From: Shimia aestuarii
Lineage (GTDB): Bacteria; Pseudomonadota; Alphaproteobacteria; Rhodobacterales; Rhodobacteraceae
Length of the DNA stretch: 32,000 bases
Assembly: GCF_022814865.1 (NCBI RefSeq)
Contig: NZ_JAKVRD010000003.1
Location: 1 to 32,000 of the forward strand
Direction: 5' to 3'
The notes below the pieces were generated by a model. That model was not told the DNA's origin. It did no database searches and worked only from the letters and a program-made list of their open reading frames with translations. Positions 8,066 through 20,038 of this stretch are shown here, piece by piece (positions within the stretch are counted from its first letter, which is position 1; the number at the start of each line of letters is the position of its first letter). Position numbers and translations under genes: made by a program.

Positions 8066-8923
8066 ATGAAGAGCCTCTCACCCAACGCGCGCGCCATCCT
8101 GCTGATGATCTGCGCCATCCTGTTCTTTTCTCTGATGGATGCCACCGCCAAGGCGCTCGCGCCACGTATCGGCGTGATGCAGGCGCTCTGGACGCGCTAC
8201 GCGGGGCAAACATTGATCGTCCTGATCCTCGTCGCACGGCACATACCCGGCGTGCTCAAGACGCGCTATCCGAAACTGCAACTCATGCGCTCCGTCTTCC
8301 TGATGTGCGCAACCTTCTGTTTTTTCACCGGGATTACCCATATCGGTTTGGCCGAGGCGACCGCGATCATGGATGTGAATCCCGTCCTCATCACCCTTGG
8401 CGCGGCACTCTTCCTGCATGAACGGCTCGGGCCGCGGCGCATCGCCGGGATTGCCGTGTCGCTCGTCGGGGCGCTGATCGTGATCCGCCCTGGCACCGAT
8501 GTCTTCTCGCCTTACGCGGTCTACCCACTCGGCGCTGCCCTGTTCTATTCAGGCTACGCCCTCGCCACCCGGTTTGTCGGCAAAGATGAAAACGTCTGGA
8601 CCTCGATGCTCTACACCGCGCTCTTTGGCGCCATCGTGCTTTCGGCGATTGTCCTGCCCGACTGGCAGACCCCCGACATGACCGCGCTTGGCCTGATGGG
8701 TCTTCTCGTGGCGTTCGGCACCCTGTCGCAACTCTTGCTGATCCGCGCGCTCTCTGAGGGCGAAGCAAGCCTTCTCGCCCCCTTCGCCTATACCGGCCTG
8801 ATCTTTGCCACGGTCTGGGGTCTCATCTTCTATGGCGAAGTCCCCGATCTCTGGACGATTGTCGGCGCGCTTGTGATTGCCGGTGCCGGGACATATGTCT
8901 GGCACCGCGAAACCTTCCGCTAG
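8066..8923 (+). CDS. DMT superfamily (EamA-type) transporter
   Basis: 285 aa with about 10 hydrophobic segments. N-terminal LLMICAILFFSLMDATAKAL is typical of EamA/RhaT-type permeases. Confidence 0.85.
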   Translation: MKSLSPNARAILLMICAILFFSLMDATAKALAPRIGVMQALWTRYAGQTLIVLILVARHIPGVLKTRYPKLQLMRSVFLMCATFCFFTGITHIGLAEATAIMDVNPVLITLGAALFLHERLGPRRIAGIAVSLVGALIVIRPGTDVFSPYAVYPLGAALFYSGYALATRFVGKDENVWTSMLYTALFGAIVLSAIVLPDWQTPDMTALGLMGLLVAFGTLSQLLLIRALSEGEASLLAPFAYTGLIFATVWGLIFYGEVPDLWTIVGALVIAGAGTYVWHRETFR

Positions 8924-8937
8924 GCCCGGTCCCGCAT

Positions 8938-9858
8938 ATGTCCGATCCCATCCAAAGCCCAAAGGGCAGCCGCACCGATTATCTGAGCAACCTTGTCCTG
9001 CGCGGGGCGATCCGCGGTGCGCTCGCCCTTCCTTACGAGACGCGCGTGCGCCTCATGGGCTGGCTTGTGGCTAAGGTGATCGCACCGATCGCAGGCTATC
9101 GCCGCCGCATCCGCGAGAACCTCGCCCATACCTGCCCAGAGCTGCCGCAGGCCGAGGTCGACAGGCTCTGCCACGCGGTGCCTGACAATGTCGGCCGCAC
9201 CCTGATCGAAATCTATTCCGGCCCCGAGTTTGTCGCCCGCGCCATCGAGGCCCCGATCGAGGGCCCCGGCCTTGCCCGGCTCGAAGCTGCCCGCGCCGAG
9301 GGCCGACCGGTGATCCTCGTCACCGGCCACATGGGCAATTACGACGCCGTGCGCGCCAACCTGATCCATCGCGGCTACAACATGGGCGCGCTGTATCGGC
9401 GCATGTCGAACCCCTATTTCAATGCCCACTACGTGCGCTCCATCTCGCGCATCGGTACGCCACTTTTTGAGCAAGGCCGCAAGGGGATGATCGAGATGGT
9501 GCGCCATATCCGGGCCGGCGGCATCCTCGGCATCCTCACCGATCTCTACGTGCAGGACGGCGAAGCGCTCGACTTTTTCGGTCAGAAGGCCCGCACCTCC
9601 CTCGTCACGGCCGAGCTCGCGCTCAAGTTCAACGCCGCGCTGATCCCGGTTTACGGACTACGCGATCCTGACGGTTTCGGATTTCGCATCGTGGCGCAGG
9701 ATGAAATCCCCCATTCCGATCCCATCACCATGACGCAAGCCGTCAATGACGGGCTGGAAAGCCTCGTGCGGGAGAACATGGATCAATGGTTCTGGATTCA
9801 CCGCCGCTGGAAATACGCCGACATCGACCTACGAAAGAAGCCCGGCGCCTCGTCCTGA
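8938..9858 (+). CDS. Lipid A biosynthesis lauroyl/lysophospholipid acyltransferase family protein (LpxL/HtrB-like)
   Basis: 306 aa. The H(x)4D acyltransferase motif is present as VTGHMGNYD. Overall layout resembles the LpxL/MsbB family (C-terminal QWFWIHRRWK). Confidence 0.8.
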   Translation: MSDPIQSPKGSRTDYLSNLVLRGAIRGALALPYETRVRLMGWLVAKVIAPIAGYRRRIRENLAHTCPELPQAEVDRLCHAVPDNVGRTLIEIYSGPEFVARAIEAPIEGPGLARLEAARAEGRPVILVTGHMGNYDAVRANLIHRGYNMGALYRRMSNPYFNAHYVRSISRIGTPLFEQGRKGMIEMVRHIRAGGILGILTDLYVQDGEALDFFGQKARTSLVTAELALKFNAALIPVYGLRDPDGFGFRIVAQDEIPHSDPITMTQAVNDGLESLVRENMDQWFWIHRRWKYADIDLRKKPGASS

Positions 9859-9860
9859 GG

Positions 9861-10562
9861 CTACTCAATCCGGTCCGCAGCAAAGATCGGGCCATTGCCC
9901 TTGCCCTGCACCAGAGCGACCACAGGCGCATCGCCTGCCGCCGGGGCTTCGATTTGCAACGGCGCACGTCCGTCCCATTCCGCCACCACGTGCCAATCCG
10001 TCACGATATTGGCATAGACGAGCTTGCGCCCCGCATTCTCACCGCGCTTGATCGCCACTTCGTCTTCTGGCTCATAGCGCACCAGATGCACGACCATCGC
10101 CCCCGGTGTCTCGCTGGCGCTCGCCTTGATTTCAACCCGGCCGCCGACACGCTTGAGATTAACGCGCACCGCAGAGGGCGCTGCACGATGCGACTTCAAC
10201 AGCGCTTTGACTTCCTTGGGGTGATTGCCGACGACATGATCGCGTCCTCCGACTATGATCTGCGGCGTATAGACCATCCGATGCCCCGACGCGCGCGCAT
10301 ATTGCTTCTGGCGCTTGGTAAAGGCGGGGTTGGCGAAATTGTCTTTCCAGCCAAGGTAGTCCCAGTAATCCACATGCAATGCGAGGGCGATCACATCCTC
10401 CCGCCCCGCAAGCTCCTTCGCGAAATAGGCATCCGCTGGCGGGCACGAAGAACACCCCTGCGAGGTGAAAAGCTCGACCACAACAGGCCCGGACTGCGCC
10501 GTTGCCATGCTGCCCGCGAGCGCGAGCCAACCGAATGTCATAAGTGCGAAAAGTGATTTCAT
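9861..10562 (-). CDS. DUF1223 domain-containing secreted protein (thioredoxin-like, CxxC)
   Basis: 233 aa from ATG 10562. Signal peptide MKSLFALMTFGWLALAGSMATA. VVELFTSQGCSSCPPAD and ALHVDYWDYLGW are characteristic of DUF1223. The 18-codon upstream extension in the track is rejected. Confidence 0.8.
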   Translation of the reverse strand: MKSLFALMTFGWLALAGSMATAQSGPVVVELFTSQGCSSCPPADAYFAKELAGREDVIALALHVDYWDYLGWKDNFANPAFTKRQKQYARASGHRMVYTPQIIVGGRDHVVGNHPKEVKALLKSHRAAPSAVRVNLKRVGGRVEIKASASETPGAMVVHLVRYEPEDEVAIKRGENAGRKLVYANIVTDWHVVAEWDGRAPLQIEAPAAGDAPVVALVQGKGNGPIFAADRIE

Positions 10563-10670
10563 TGTGGTGGCGCCCCTTGCCTGAACGCTGATGAAACTAG
10601 GCTCACAGCGCCACAAAGGCCAATAAAGGTTTCGCGAGCGCTATGTTACAAAGACGCATCCGAAAAACAT

Positions 10671-10704
10671 GAAAAAGGGGCCTCACGGATCGCCGCGAGG
10701 CCCC
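10671..10704 (-). terminator. Rho-independent terminator of acnB
   Basis: On the minus strand: 12-bp stem (ggggcctcgcgg / ccgtgaggcccc, one mismatch), 4-nt loop, then CTTTTTC. Lies 38 nt after the acnB stop. Confidence 0.75.
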
Positions 10705-10741
10705 TTCTATACGCGGCTCTGCCCGTCACCGGGCCGCCATC

Positions 10742-13531
10742 TTAGAAGTGCACCGAACGCGCGCCTTCCGGCTTGGCAAGCGGCGGAGCGAACTTGGTGA
10801 GATCGATGCCTTCCACGGCGGCCTTGTACTCGTCCATGTTGGGCGTGCGGCCAAGGATCGCCGACAGAACGACAACCGGGGTCGACGCCAGAAGCGACTC
10901 GCCCTTCTTCTCGGCGCTGTCTTCCACGACGCGGCCCTGGAACAGGCGCGTAGAGGTGGCAAGCACTGTGTCGCCCTTCGCGGCTTTCTCCTGGTTGCCC
11001 ATGCAGAGGTTACAGCCGGGACGCTCAAGGTAGAGAATGTTCTCATACTCGGTGCGCGCCTGCGATTTCGGGAAGAGATCGTCGAACTCAAAGCCCGAGT
11101 AGCGCTCAAGGATTTCCCAATCGCCCTCTTCCTTCAACTCGTCGATGATGTTGTAGGTCGGCGCAGCAACAACGAGCGGCGCCTTGAATTCGACCTTACC
11201 GGCGGTCTTCTCGAGGTTCTTGAGCATCTGGGCAACGATCTTCATGTCCCCCTTGTGCACCATGCACGAGCCGACAAACCCAAGATCAACCTTCTTCTCG
11301 GCACCGTAGAACGATACCGGGCGGATGGTGTCATGCGTGTAGCGTTTGGAGACATCAGCGTTGTTGACATCCGGGTCCGCGATCATCGGTTCGGTGATCT
11401 CGTCGAGATCAACAACAACCTCGGCGAAGTATTTCGCGTTGGCATCCGGGGTCAGCGCCGGCTTTTCGCCCGACTTGATCTCGGCGATGCGCTTGTCGGC
11501 CTTGTCGATCAGGCCCTGAAGCGTCCCCGCGGCGTTGTCCATGCCCTTGTCGATCATCACCTGAATGCGCGATTTCGCCAGTTCGAGCGACCCGATAAGC
11601 GTTTCATCATTGGAAATACAGATCGAGGCCTTCGCCTTCATTTCTGCGGTCCAGTCGGTGAAGGTAAACGCTTGGTCCGCCAGAAGCGTGCCGATGTGCA
11701 CTTCGATGATACGGCCTTGGAAGACGTTGTCGCCATGCTGCTTGAGCATTTGCGCCTGCGTGGCGTGCACCACATCGCGGAAATCGAGGTGATCAGCCAT
11801 CGCGCCCTTGAAGGTGACCTTGACGGATTCCGGGATCGGCATCGTTGCTTCGCCGGTCGCCAGCGCTAGCGCCACAGTCCCCGAGTCCGCGCCAAAGGCC
11901 ACGCCCTTGGACATACGCGTGTGGCTGTCGCCACCAATGATGATATCCCAATCATCCACGGTGATATCGTTCAGCACCTTGTGGATCACGTCGGTCATCG
12001 CGTGATATTCGCCCTTCGGGTCACGCGCGGTGATGAGGCCGAACTTGTTCATGAACGCCATCAGGCGCGGAATGTTGGCTTGGGCCTTTTTGTCCCAGAC
12101 CGACGCCGTGTGACAGCCAGACTGATAGCCGACATCCACGGAAGGCGAAATCACCGTCGCGGCCATCGCCTCAAGCTCCTGCGCCGTCATCGGGCCGGTG
12201 GTGTCCTGCGACCCGACCACGTTCACCTGCACCCGCACGTCCGATCCGGCATGAAGCGTCTTGCCGGGCGTCGTGCCACGTGCGTTCTTGTTAAAGATCT
12301 TCTCAACAGCGGTCAGGCCCTGATCTGCCACCGAGACTTCCTGAGACGGCGCATAGGCCGATTTCAATTCCTGCCCAAGCGCTTCAGCGGCGAATGTCTG
12401 CAGCTTCTTGCCGAAGACCACGGCATAAGACCCGCCCGCCTTGATGAATTCAACCTTCTGCGCCGTGAGGGACGCCGAGATATCGACGAGCGCATTGCCT
12501 TCGGCATCGTAGAGCGTCTTGTCCTTGGTGTTGATGGTCAGCACCTTACCGGTTTCGACCGAATAGACCTGCTCAAGCACCGGATCGCCATTGGCATCGA
12601 GAACCGGCTTGCCGTCCTCACCGATCTTCTTGACCCAGTTCTTGAGGTCAATGCCGATACCGCCGGTGACGCCCACGGTGGTGAGGAAGATCGGCGAGAT
12701 GCCGTTCGTGCCCGCCACAACCGGTGCGATGTTGACGAAAGGCACATAGGGCGAGGCCTTTTTGCCGGTCCAGAGTGCAACGTTGTTCACGCCCGACATC
12801 CGCGACGAGCCGACGCCCATCGTACCTTTTTCCGCGATGAGCATGACGCGCGCATCCGGGTTGGCCTTTTGAAGCGCCTGAATTTCTTCCTGTGCCTCGG
12901 GGGTGATCATGCATTTGCCGTGCAGTTCACGGTCCGAACGCGAATGCGCCTGGTTGCCGGGGCTGAGGAGGTCGGTCGAAATATCGCCCTCTGCGGCGAT
13001 ATAGGTGACGACCTTGATCTCGTCCTCAACCTCGGGAAGCTTGGTGAAGAACTCCGCCTTGGCATAGCTTTCAAGAATATCCTTGGCGACCGCGTTGCCG
13101 GCCGTGTTGGCCTCGGCAAGGCGTTCCATATCGGCCTCGTAGAGGAACACTTGGGTCTTCAGAACCTCGGCCGCCTGCCCCGCAAGCGCCGCATCCTCGC
13201 CAAGCGCAATGTCAAGAAGCACTGCGATCGACGGCCCGCCCTTCATGTGCGACAGCAGCTCGAAGGCGAATTCCGGCGTGATCTCTGCCACTGCCTCATT
13301 GCCAAGGATAATCTCCTTGAGAAACGCCGCCTTCACACCTGCCGCGCTCGTGGTGCCGGGCAGCGTGTTGTAGATGAAGAACTCAAGCGAGTCCGCGCGG
13401 TCGGCATGGCCCGTGTCCTTGATCTGCGCAATCAGCTCCTCGACCAGCGCGCCATCGTCGATGGGTTTCGGATGCAGACCCTCTGCTTTGCGGGTCTCGA
13501 TCTCGGTTAGGTAGTCGGTGTACAGGCTCAT
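10742..13531 (-). CDS. acnB: Bifunctional aconitate hydratase 2 / 2-methylisocitrate dehydratase
   Basis: 929 aa. N-terminal AcnB HEAT-like/swivel region (MSLYTDYLTEIETRKAEGLHPKPI), Fe-S ligand segments (GGDSHTRM, GCNLCMGN) and length are typical of AcnB. Confidence 0.95.
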   Translation of the reverse strand: MSLYTDYLTEIETRKAEGLHPKPIDDGALVEELIAQIKDTGHADRADSLEFFIYNTLPGTTSAAGVKAAFLKEIILGNEAVAEITPEFAFELLSHMKGGPSIAVLLDIALGEDAALAGQAAEVLKTQVFLYEADMERLAEANTAGNAVAKDILESYAKAEFFTKLPEVEDEIKVVTYIAAEGDISTDLLSPGNQAHSRSDRELHGKCMITPEAQEEIQALQKANPDARVMLIAEKGTMGVGSSRMSGVNNVALWTGKKASPYVPFVNIAPVVAGTNGISPIFLTTVGVTGGIGIDLKNWVKKIGEDGKPVLDANGDPVLEQVYSVETGKVLTINTKDKTLYDAEGNALVDISASLTAQKVEFIKAGGSYAVVFGKKLQTFAAEALGQELKSAYAPSQEVSVADQGLTAVEKIFNKNARGTTPGKTLHAGSDVRVQVNVVGSQDTTGPMTAQELEAMAATVISPSVDVGYQSGCHTASVWDKKAQANIPRLMAFMNKFGLITARDPKGEYHAMTDVIHKVLNDITVDDWDIIIGGDSHTRMSKGVAFGADSGTVALALATGEATMPIPESVKVTFKGAMADHLDFRDVVHATQAQMLKQHGDNVFQGRIIEVHIGTLLADQAFTFTDWTAEMKAKASICISNDETLIGSLELAKSRIQVMIDKGMDNAAGTLQGLIDKADKRIAEIKSGEKPALTPDANAKYFAEVVVDLDEITEPMIADPDVNNADVSKRYTHDTIRPVSFYGAEKKVDLGFVGSCMVHKGDMKIVAQMLKNLEKTAGKVEFKAPLVVAAPTYNIIDELKEEGDWEILERYSGFEFDDLFPKSQARTEYENILYLERPGCNLCMGNQEKAAKGDTVLATSTRLFQGRVVEDSAEKKGESLLASTPVVVLSAILGRTPNMDEYKAAVEGIDLTKFAPPLAKPEGARSVHF

Positions 13532-13859
13532 GACATTCCCTACGGTCTAGTGTCTGAAAAACTGGAAAGTCAGGCGGCCCAAACCGGAGCGTGCCGACTC
13601 TCGAAATGCAATTGTATGCCGCTGTATACCAACTCCATTTTGGTTGCAAGACATGCGGCGTTTTCCTTCATGTCTCACAAGTCGCCGCAAAGCGCACCTC
13701 CTGATCGCCCCAAGCCCGGAATTATTTCTCCCAAGCCTCCAATCAGGGTGGCCGCGCCCTGCGGGATCGCTTTTAATGTGCTAAGAACTGCTTATATGCC
13801 AATTGGCAGCGGCAAGGCCGCCGTTGCTTGATGCCACGTTGATTCGGAGGTATTTTTCC

Positions 13860-16607
<2,748 letters not shown>

Positions 16608-16628
16608 CCCCCTCCAACACACAGAAAA

Positions 16629-16655
16629 GCCCCGCCACGCCCGGCGGGGCTTTTT
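16629..16655 (+). terminator. Rho-independent terminator of acnA
   Basis: 8-bp GC stem gccccgcc (16629-16636) / ggcggggc (16643-16650), 6-nt loop, then TTTTT. Lies 22 nt after the acnA stop. Confidence 0.85.
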
Positions 16656-16742
16656 CGTTTCCCCCGATGTCGCTGCTTTGGTGACTCCGAGCAGACCTTC
16701 CGCCTTGGGCTTTGCCACGCAAAGACCAAGGCTCAAACAAGC

Positions 16743-16763
16743 GTGGCCCCGAACAGGGGCCAC
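16743..16763 (-). terminator. Probable terminator of the ccm operon
   Basis: 8-bp stem gtggcccc / ggggccac with a 5-nt loop, 29 nt downstream of the ccmG stop. The minus-strand tail is only GCTTGTTTG, a weak U-run. Confidence 0.5.
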
Positions 16764-16791
16764 TCCACTGACTACCAGTTTTCCGCGAAGA

Positions 16792-17337
16792 TCAGTCCGC
16801 CAGCGCCTCTGCCACGATTGGGCCAATCGTCGTCTCGATCACCCGGCTGGTGATCGGCCCGGCAAAGCGATAGAGCACCGTGCCGTCCTCATCGATGACA
16901 AAGGTCTCAGGCGCGCCATAGACGCCCCAATCGATCTTGGTCCGCGTCGTCGACGCTTCGCCGAGCGTGGTGAACGGGTTGCCCTCTTCGGCAAGGTATT
17001 TCTCCGCCTTAGCCTTGGTGTCGTCGAAATTCACACCATGAAGCGTCACCGGCAAAATGTCCTCAATGACCAAAAGCGTCGGATGCTCCGCCCGACAGGC
17101 AACGCACCACGTGCCCCAGAAATTCACCAGTTTGATCCCCGGCCCCTGTAGAACCTCATCAGTGAGGAGCTCTGTCCCCGACAAGGGTTGAAGCCCCTCC
17201 ACGGTCGGCACCTGTTTCCCGATAAGCATCGAGGGTAAGGCATCCGGGTCATCCCGGTTCATACCGATGAAGAACAACGCCGCAAGGCCCGCAAAAATCG
17301 CAGGCGGGGCAATCATCAGGGGCGAGATCTTAGCCAC
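16792..17337 (-). CDS. ccmG: Thiol:disulfide interchange protein CcmG/DsbE (HelX) for cytochrome c maturation
   Basis: N-terminal membrane anchor, thioredoxin motif NFWGTWCVACRAEHP, and GVYGAPETFVID. I chose the GTG at 17337, which overlaps the ccmD stop. ATG 17316 and the track start 17370 are alternatives. Confidence 0.88.
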   Translation of the reverse strand: MAKISPLMIAPPAIFAGLAALFFIGMNRDDPDALPSMLIGKQVPTVEGLQPLSGTELLTDEVLQGPGIKLVNFWGTWCVACRAEHPTLLVIEDILPVTLHGVNFDDTKAKAEKYLAEEGNPFTTLGEASTTRTKIDWGVYGAPETFVIDEDGTVLYRFAGPITSRVIETTIGPIVAEALAD

Positions 17338-17479
17338 GACGGCGATCCTCCAGTTTCTGCAACTCCGCACGCGCCTTTTTCGCGGCGCGCAGGCTCATCA
17401 CCACAAGCACGACCAACAAGAGGATCGACACCACATAGGACGACAGGACCGCGTCCGCGTATTTCCCAAGATCCGGCAT
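17330..17479 (-). CDS. ccmD: Heme exporter protein CcmD (HelD), 49 aa; absent from the supplied ORF track
   Basis: Hand translation gives MPDLGKYADAVLSSYVVSILLLVVLVVMSLRAAKKARAELQKLEDRRRG*. One TM helix plus a basic tail is typical of CcmD. Its ATG overlaps the ccmC stop (ATGA) and its stop overlaps the ccmG GTG. Confidence 0.8.
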   Translation of the reverse strand: MPDLGKYADAVLSSYVVSILLLVVLVVMSLRAAKKARAELQKLEDRRRG

Positions 17480-18210
17480 CATCCGAGTCTCTCCCGAGCG
17501 AGCAGCGCCTTCGTGCGCCGCTTATAGATTTCCGTTCGCGTGCGCAGGAACACAAGCGCGATGAACAACAAGATAAACCCGGCAATCGAAATATAAAGCG
17601 GGGTCGAGAACACATCCGCCACGTTCTCTTCCTTATCAAGCGAAAGGGACGCCCCCTGATGCAGCCCCTGGTTCCAGAAGTTGACCGCGTAGCGGCTCAG
17701 GATCGCAAAGACCGACCCCACAATACAAAGAACCGCCGTCAGATCCGCCGCCGTATCCGGGTTATCAATCGCCTCCCAAAGGGCCATGTAGCCAAGGTAG
17801 AACAGGAACAGGATCAGGAACGAGGTCAGACGCGGATCCCATTCCCACCACGTGCCCCACATCGGTTGACCCCAGATCGCCCCGGTGGCAAGCGCAATCA
17901 CCGTCATGATCGCCCCCACCGGCGCCGCTGCCTTGGCCGCAAGCGCCGAAACATGGTGCCGCCGGATGAGCCAGACAAGCGAGGTGACAAGCATCATGAA
18001 CCACACGTTGATCGCCATAAGGGCGGCCGGTACGTGAATATAGATGATCTTCACGGTCGATCCCTGCCGATAATCATCCGGCGTAAAGAAGAACCCCCAG
18101 ACCAGCCCGGCAACAAGAGTCACGGTCGCGAGAATGGACACCCACGGCAGAACGGTTTCCGCGGTGCGGATGAACTTGACCGGATTCGCATATTCCCAGA
18201 GTGATGCCAT
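17479..18210 (-). CDS. ccmC: Heme exporter protein CcmC (HelC)
   Basis: 243 aa from ATG 18210, with an AGGAG SD upstream. Tryptophan-rich WGQPMWGTWWEWDPRL motif diagnostic of CcmC. The 26-codon upstream extension is rejected. Confidence 0.92.
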   Translation of the reverse strand: MASLWEYANPVKFIRTAETVLPWVSILATVTLVAGLVWGFFFTPDDYRQGSTVKIIYIHVPAALMAINVWFMMLVTSLVWLIRRHHVSALAAKAAAPVGAIMTVIALATGAIWGQPMWGTWWEWDPRLTSFLILFLFYLGYMALWEAIDNPDTAADLTAVLCIVGSVFAILSRYAVNFWNQGLHQGASLSLDKEENVADVFSTPLYISIAGFILLFIALVFLRTRTEIYKRRTKALLARERLG

Positions 18211-18314
18211 ATCGTCTCCTAACGCTCCTTTGCGCCTCTTGCATCTCACATGACAGTGAGCCGCCCCGGCGTCCCTGATCCGGATCAAATGATGCGGATC
18301 GCATTTACGTTTCC

Positions 18315-18971
18315 CTACCGAAGATTGACCCGAAGCACCAAGGCGCTGGCAAAGGGCAGCAAGGCAATGGTGCCAAAGGTGATCCCGCCCAACATCAAGA
18401 GCGGTGTCGTCGTGCTCAAGCCTTCAATCCCACGCCGCGCCACTTCCGAGCCAAAGATGAGCGTCGGCACATAGAGCGGCAGCACGAGCAGCGACAGAAG
18501 CAGCCCGCCCCGCTTGAGACCCACCGTCAACGCCGCGCCAAACGTGCCAATCACCGAAAGCGCCGGTGTCCCGATAAGGAGCGAAAGCACCACCCAGGTG
18601 TGGCCTTGATCCGGCAGGTGCAGCAGCACGCCAAAGATCGGCGCCGCAAGGCAAAGCGGCAAGCCCGTCGTCACCCAATGCGCCAGCGCCTTGACTGATA
18701 CCACGCCCTCCATCGGCAAAGGCGAGGTCGCCAGAAGGTCGAGAGAGCCATCCTCCCAATCAAGGGCGAAAATCCGGTCAAGCGACAACAGGCAGGCCAA
18801 AAGCGCGCCAAGCCAAAGAATGCCCGGCGCGATCTTGGCCAGAAGCGTGCTCTCCGGCCCGACGCCAAACGGCACAAGCACCGTCACGATGAGGAAAAAG
18901 GCAAGGCCAAGCCCAAAGCCCCCGCCTGCGCGCATCGCAAGACGCAGATCCCGCATCAAAAGGGCAATCAT
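18315..18971 (-). CDS. ccmB: Heme exporter membrane protein CcmB (HelB)
   Basis: 218 aa, polytopic. [13 protein letters not shown] and the overall profile are typical of CcmB. Its ATG overlaps the ccmA stop (ATGA). Confidence 0.9.
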   Translation of the reverse strand: MIALLMRDLRLAMRAGGGFGLGLAFFLIVTVLVPFGVGPESTLLAKIAPGILWLGALLACLLSLDRIFALDWEDGSLDLLATSPLPMEGVVSVKALAHWVTTGLPLCLAAPIFGVLLHLPDQGHTWVVLSLLIGTPALSVIGTFGAALTVGLKRGGLLLSLLVLPLYVPTLIFGSEVARRGIEGLSTTTPLLMLGGITFGTIALLPFASALVLRVNLR

Positions 18972-19597
18972 AAGAAGCCCTCATCGAAATCGCTCGAGAA
19001 CGCATCGTGGTTCGAGGTCGCCTTGGCGCGGTATGGGCCGACATCGAACACATCTGCCTCAAGACCAAGATCGATATGCGTCGCGATAAGGGCGCTGCCC
19101 CCGCCTGCAAGATGGGCGCGCACGGCATCCGCAAAAAGCGCGACCGACTCCACATCGAGCGAGACGGTCGGTTCATCCAAGATCCAGATCGGCCGCCCGG
19201 TGACGAGTAGCCGCGCAAGGCCAAGACGGCGTTTCTGACCCGCCGAAAGCCCGCCCGCCGGACGGTCAATCAACTCACGTAAACGAAACCCGTCAAGCGC
19301 CGCGTCGATCTCCTTGGTGCCGAACACATCGGCCCAGAACAAGAGGTTCTCGCGCACGCTCAGCGTCGCCTTGAGCCCGTCGCTATGGGCCGCATAGGCC
19401 ATGCTCTCAGGATCGGCCGTCACCGTGCCGCGCACCGGCGGCTGGAGCCCCGCGACCGTGCGCAGAAGCGTGGTTTTGCCAACCCCGTTCGGCCCGCGCA
19501 ACACGAGCGCACGCCCCGGTGCGAGCGTGAAGTTAAGCCCCTCCAGCACCGGGATACCGCCGCGAGAAATGGTCAGGTCTGTCACCGTCAAAGTCAT
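18968..19597 (-). CDS. ccmA: Heme ABC exporter ATP-binding protein CcmA (HelA)
   Basis: 209 aa. Walker [13 protein letters not shown] signature LSAGQKRRL, Walker B IWILDEP. Confidence 0.92.
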   Translation of the reverse strand: MTLTVTDLTISRGGIPVLEGLNFTLAPGRALVLRGPNGVGKTTLLRTVAGLQPPVRGTVTADPESMAYAAHSDGLKATLSVRENLLFWADVFGTKEIDAALDGFRLRELIDRPAGGLSAGQKRRLGLARLLVTGRPIWILDEPTVSLDVESVALFADAVRAHLAGGGSALIATHIDLGLEADVFDVGPYRAKATSNHDAFSSDFDEGFL

Positions 19598-19670
19598 GGC
19601 ATTCGCTTACCCCATCGCGCCCCCTGACAAAAGGGAAATGCTTGGACCGGGAAGCGATGTCGCAGGGCGC

Positions 19671-20036
19671 TCAGTCCGCCGCCCCCACTGGCAGGACCAC
19701 CGCCGCCACGCGCCGCCCCTCCGAGACCAGCACGTTATAGGTTCGGCAGGCCGAGGCCGAGGCCATCGGTTCAACCCCGATCCCTGCCGCCTCGAGCGGC
19801 TCTTTGAACGTCGCCGGGATCGGCGCCATGGTCTCTCCCGTCCCCATCAGGATCACATCGACCTTCCCCCCGAGCGCAAGGACACTGTCCAGATCGTCAT
19901 AACCCTGCCAACTGCGCGCGCCGGTCGCATGAATGATCGCGCCGCCCTCGATGATCTCGCCGCCAACGCGGAAGAACCCCGGCCCATAGCCTTCGATCGG
20001 CACGGCCTCGTCATACTGCACTTCGCTCATTTTCAT
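19671..20036 (-). CDS. Mth938-like domain protein (DUF498, NDUFAF3-related)
   Basis: About 121 aa. Segments YGPGFFRVGG, DVILMGTGE and ACRTYNVLVSEGRRVAA resemble the Mth938/DUF498 family. The track start at 20042 is TTG; ATG 20036 sits 8 nt after GGAGGA and is preferred. Confidence 0.6.
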   Translation of the reverse strand: MKMSEVQYDEAVPIEGYGPGFFRVGGEIIEGGAIIHATGARSWQGYDDLDSVLALGGKVDVILMGTGETMAPIPATFKEPLEAAGIGVEPMASASACRTYNVLVSEGRRVAAVVLPVGAAD

Positions 20037-20038
20037 GT

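Noticed and set aside
13803-13830. Sigma-54-like TGGCA element (ttggcagcggcaaggcc) upstream of acnA
   Set aside because: The position where TTGC of the -12 element should lie reads AGGC. Only the GG and GC dinucleotides fit. The TGGCA is better explained as half of the TGCCAATTGGCA palindrome.
13550-13831. 93-aa ORF inside the acnB-acnA intergenic region
   Set aside because: No SD and Pro/Ser/Ala-rich composition. It occupies what must be the divergent promoter region, so it is more likely non-coding.
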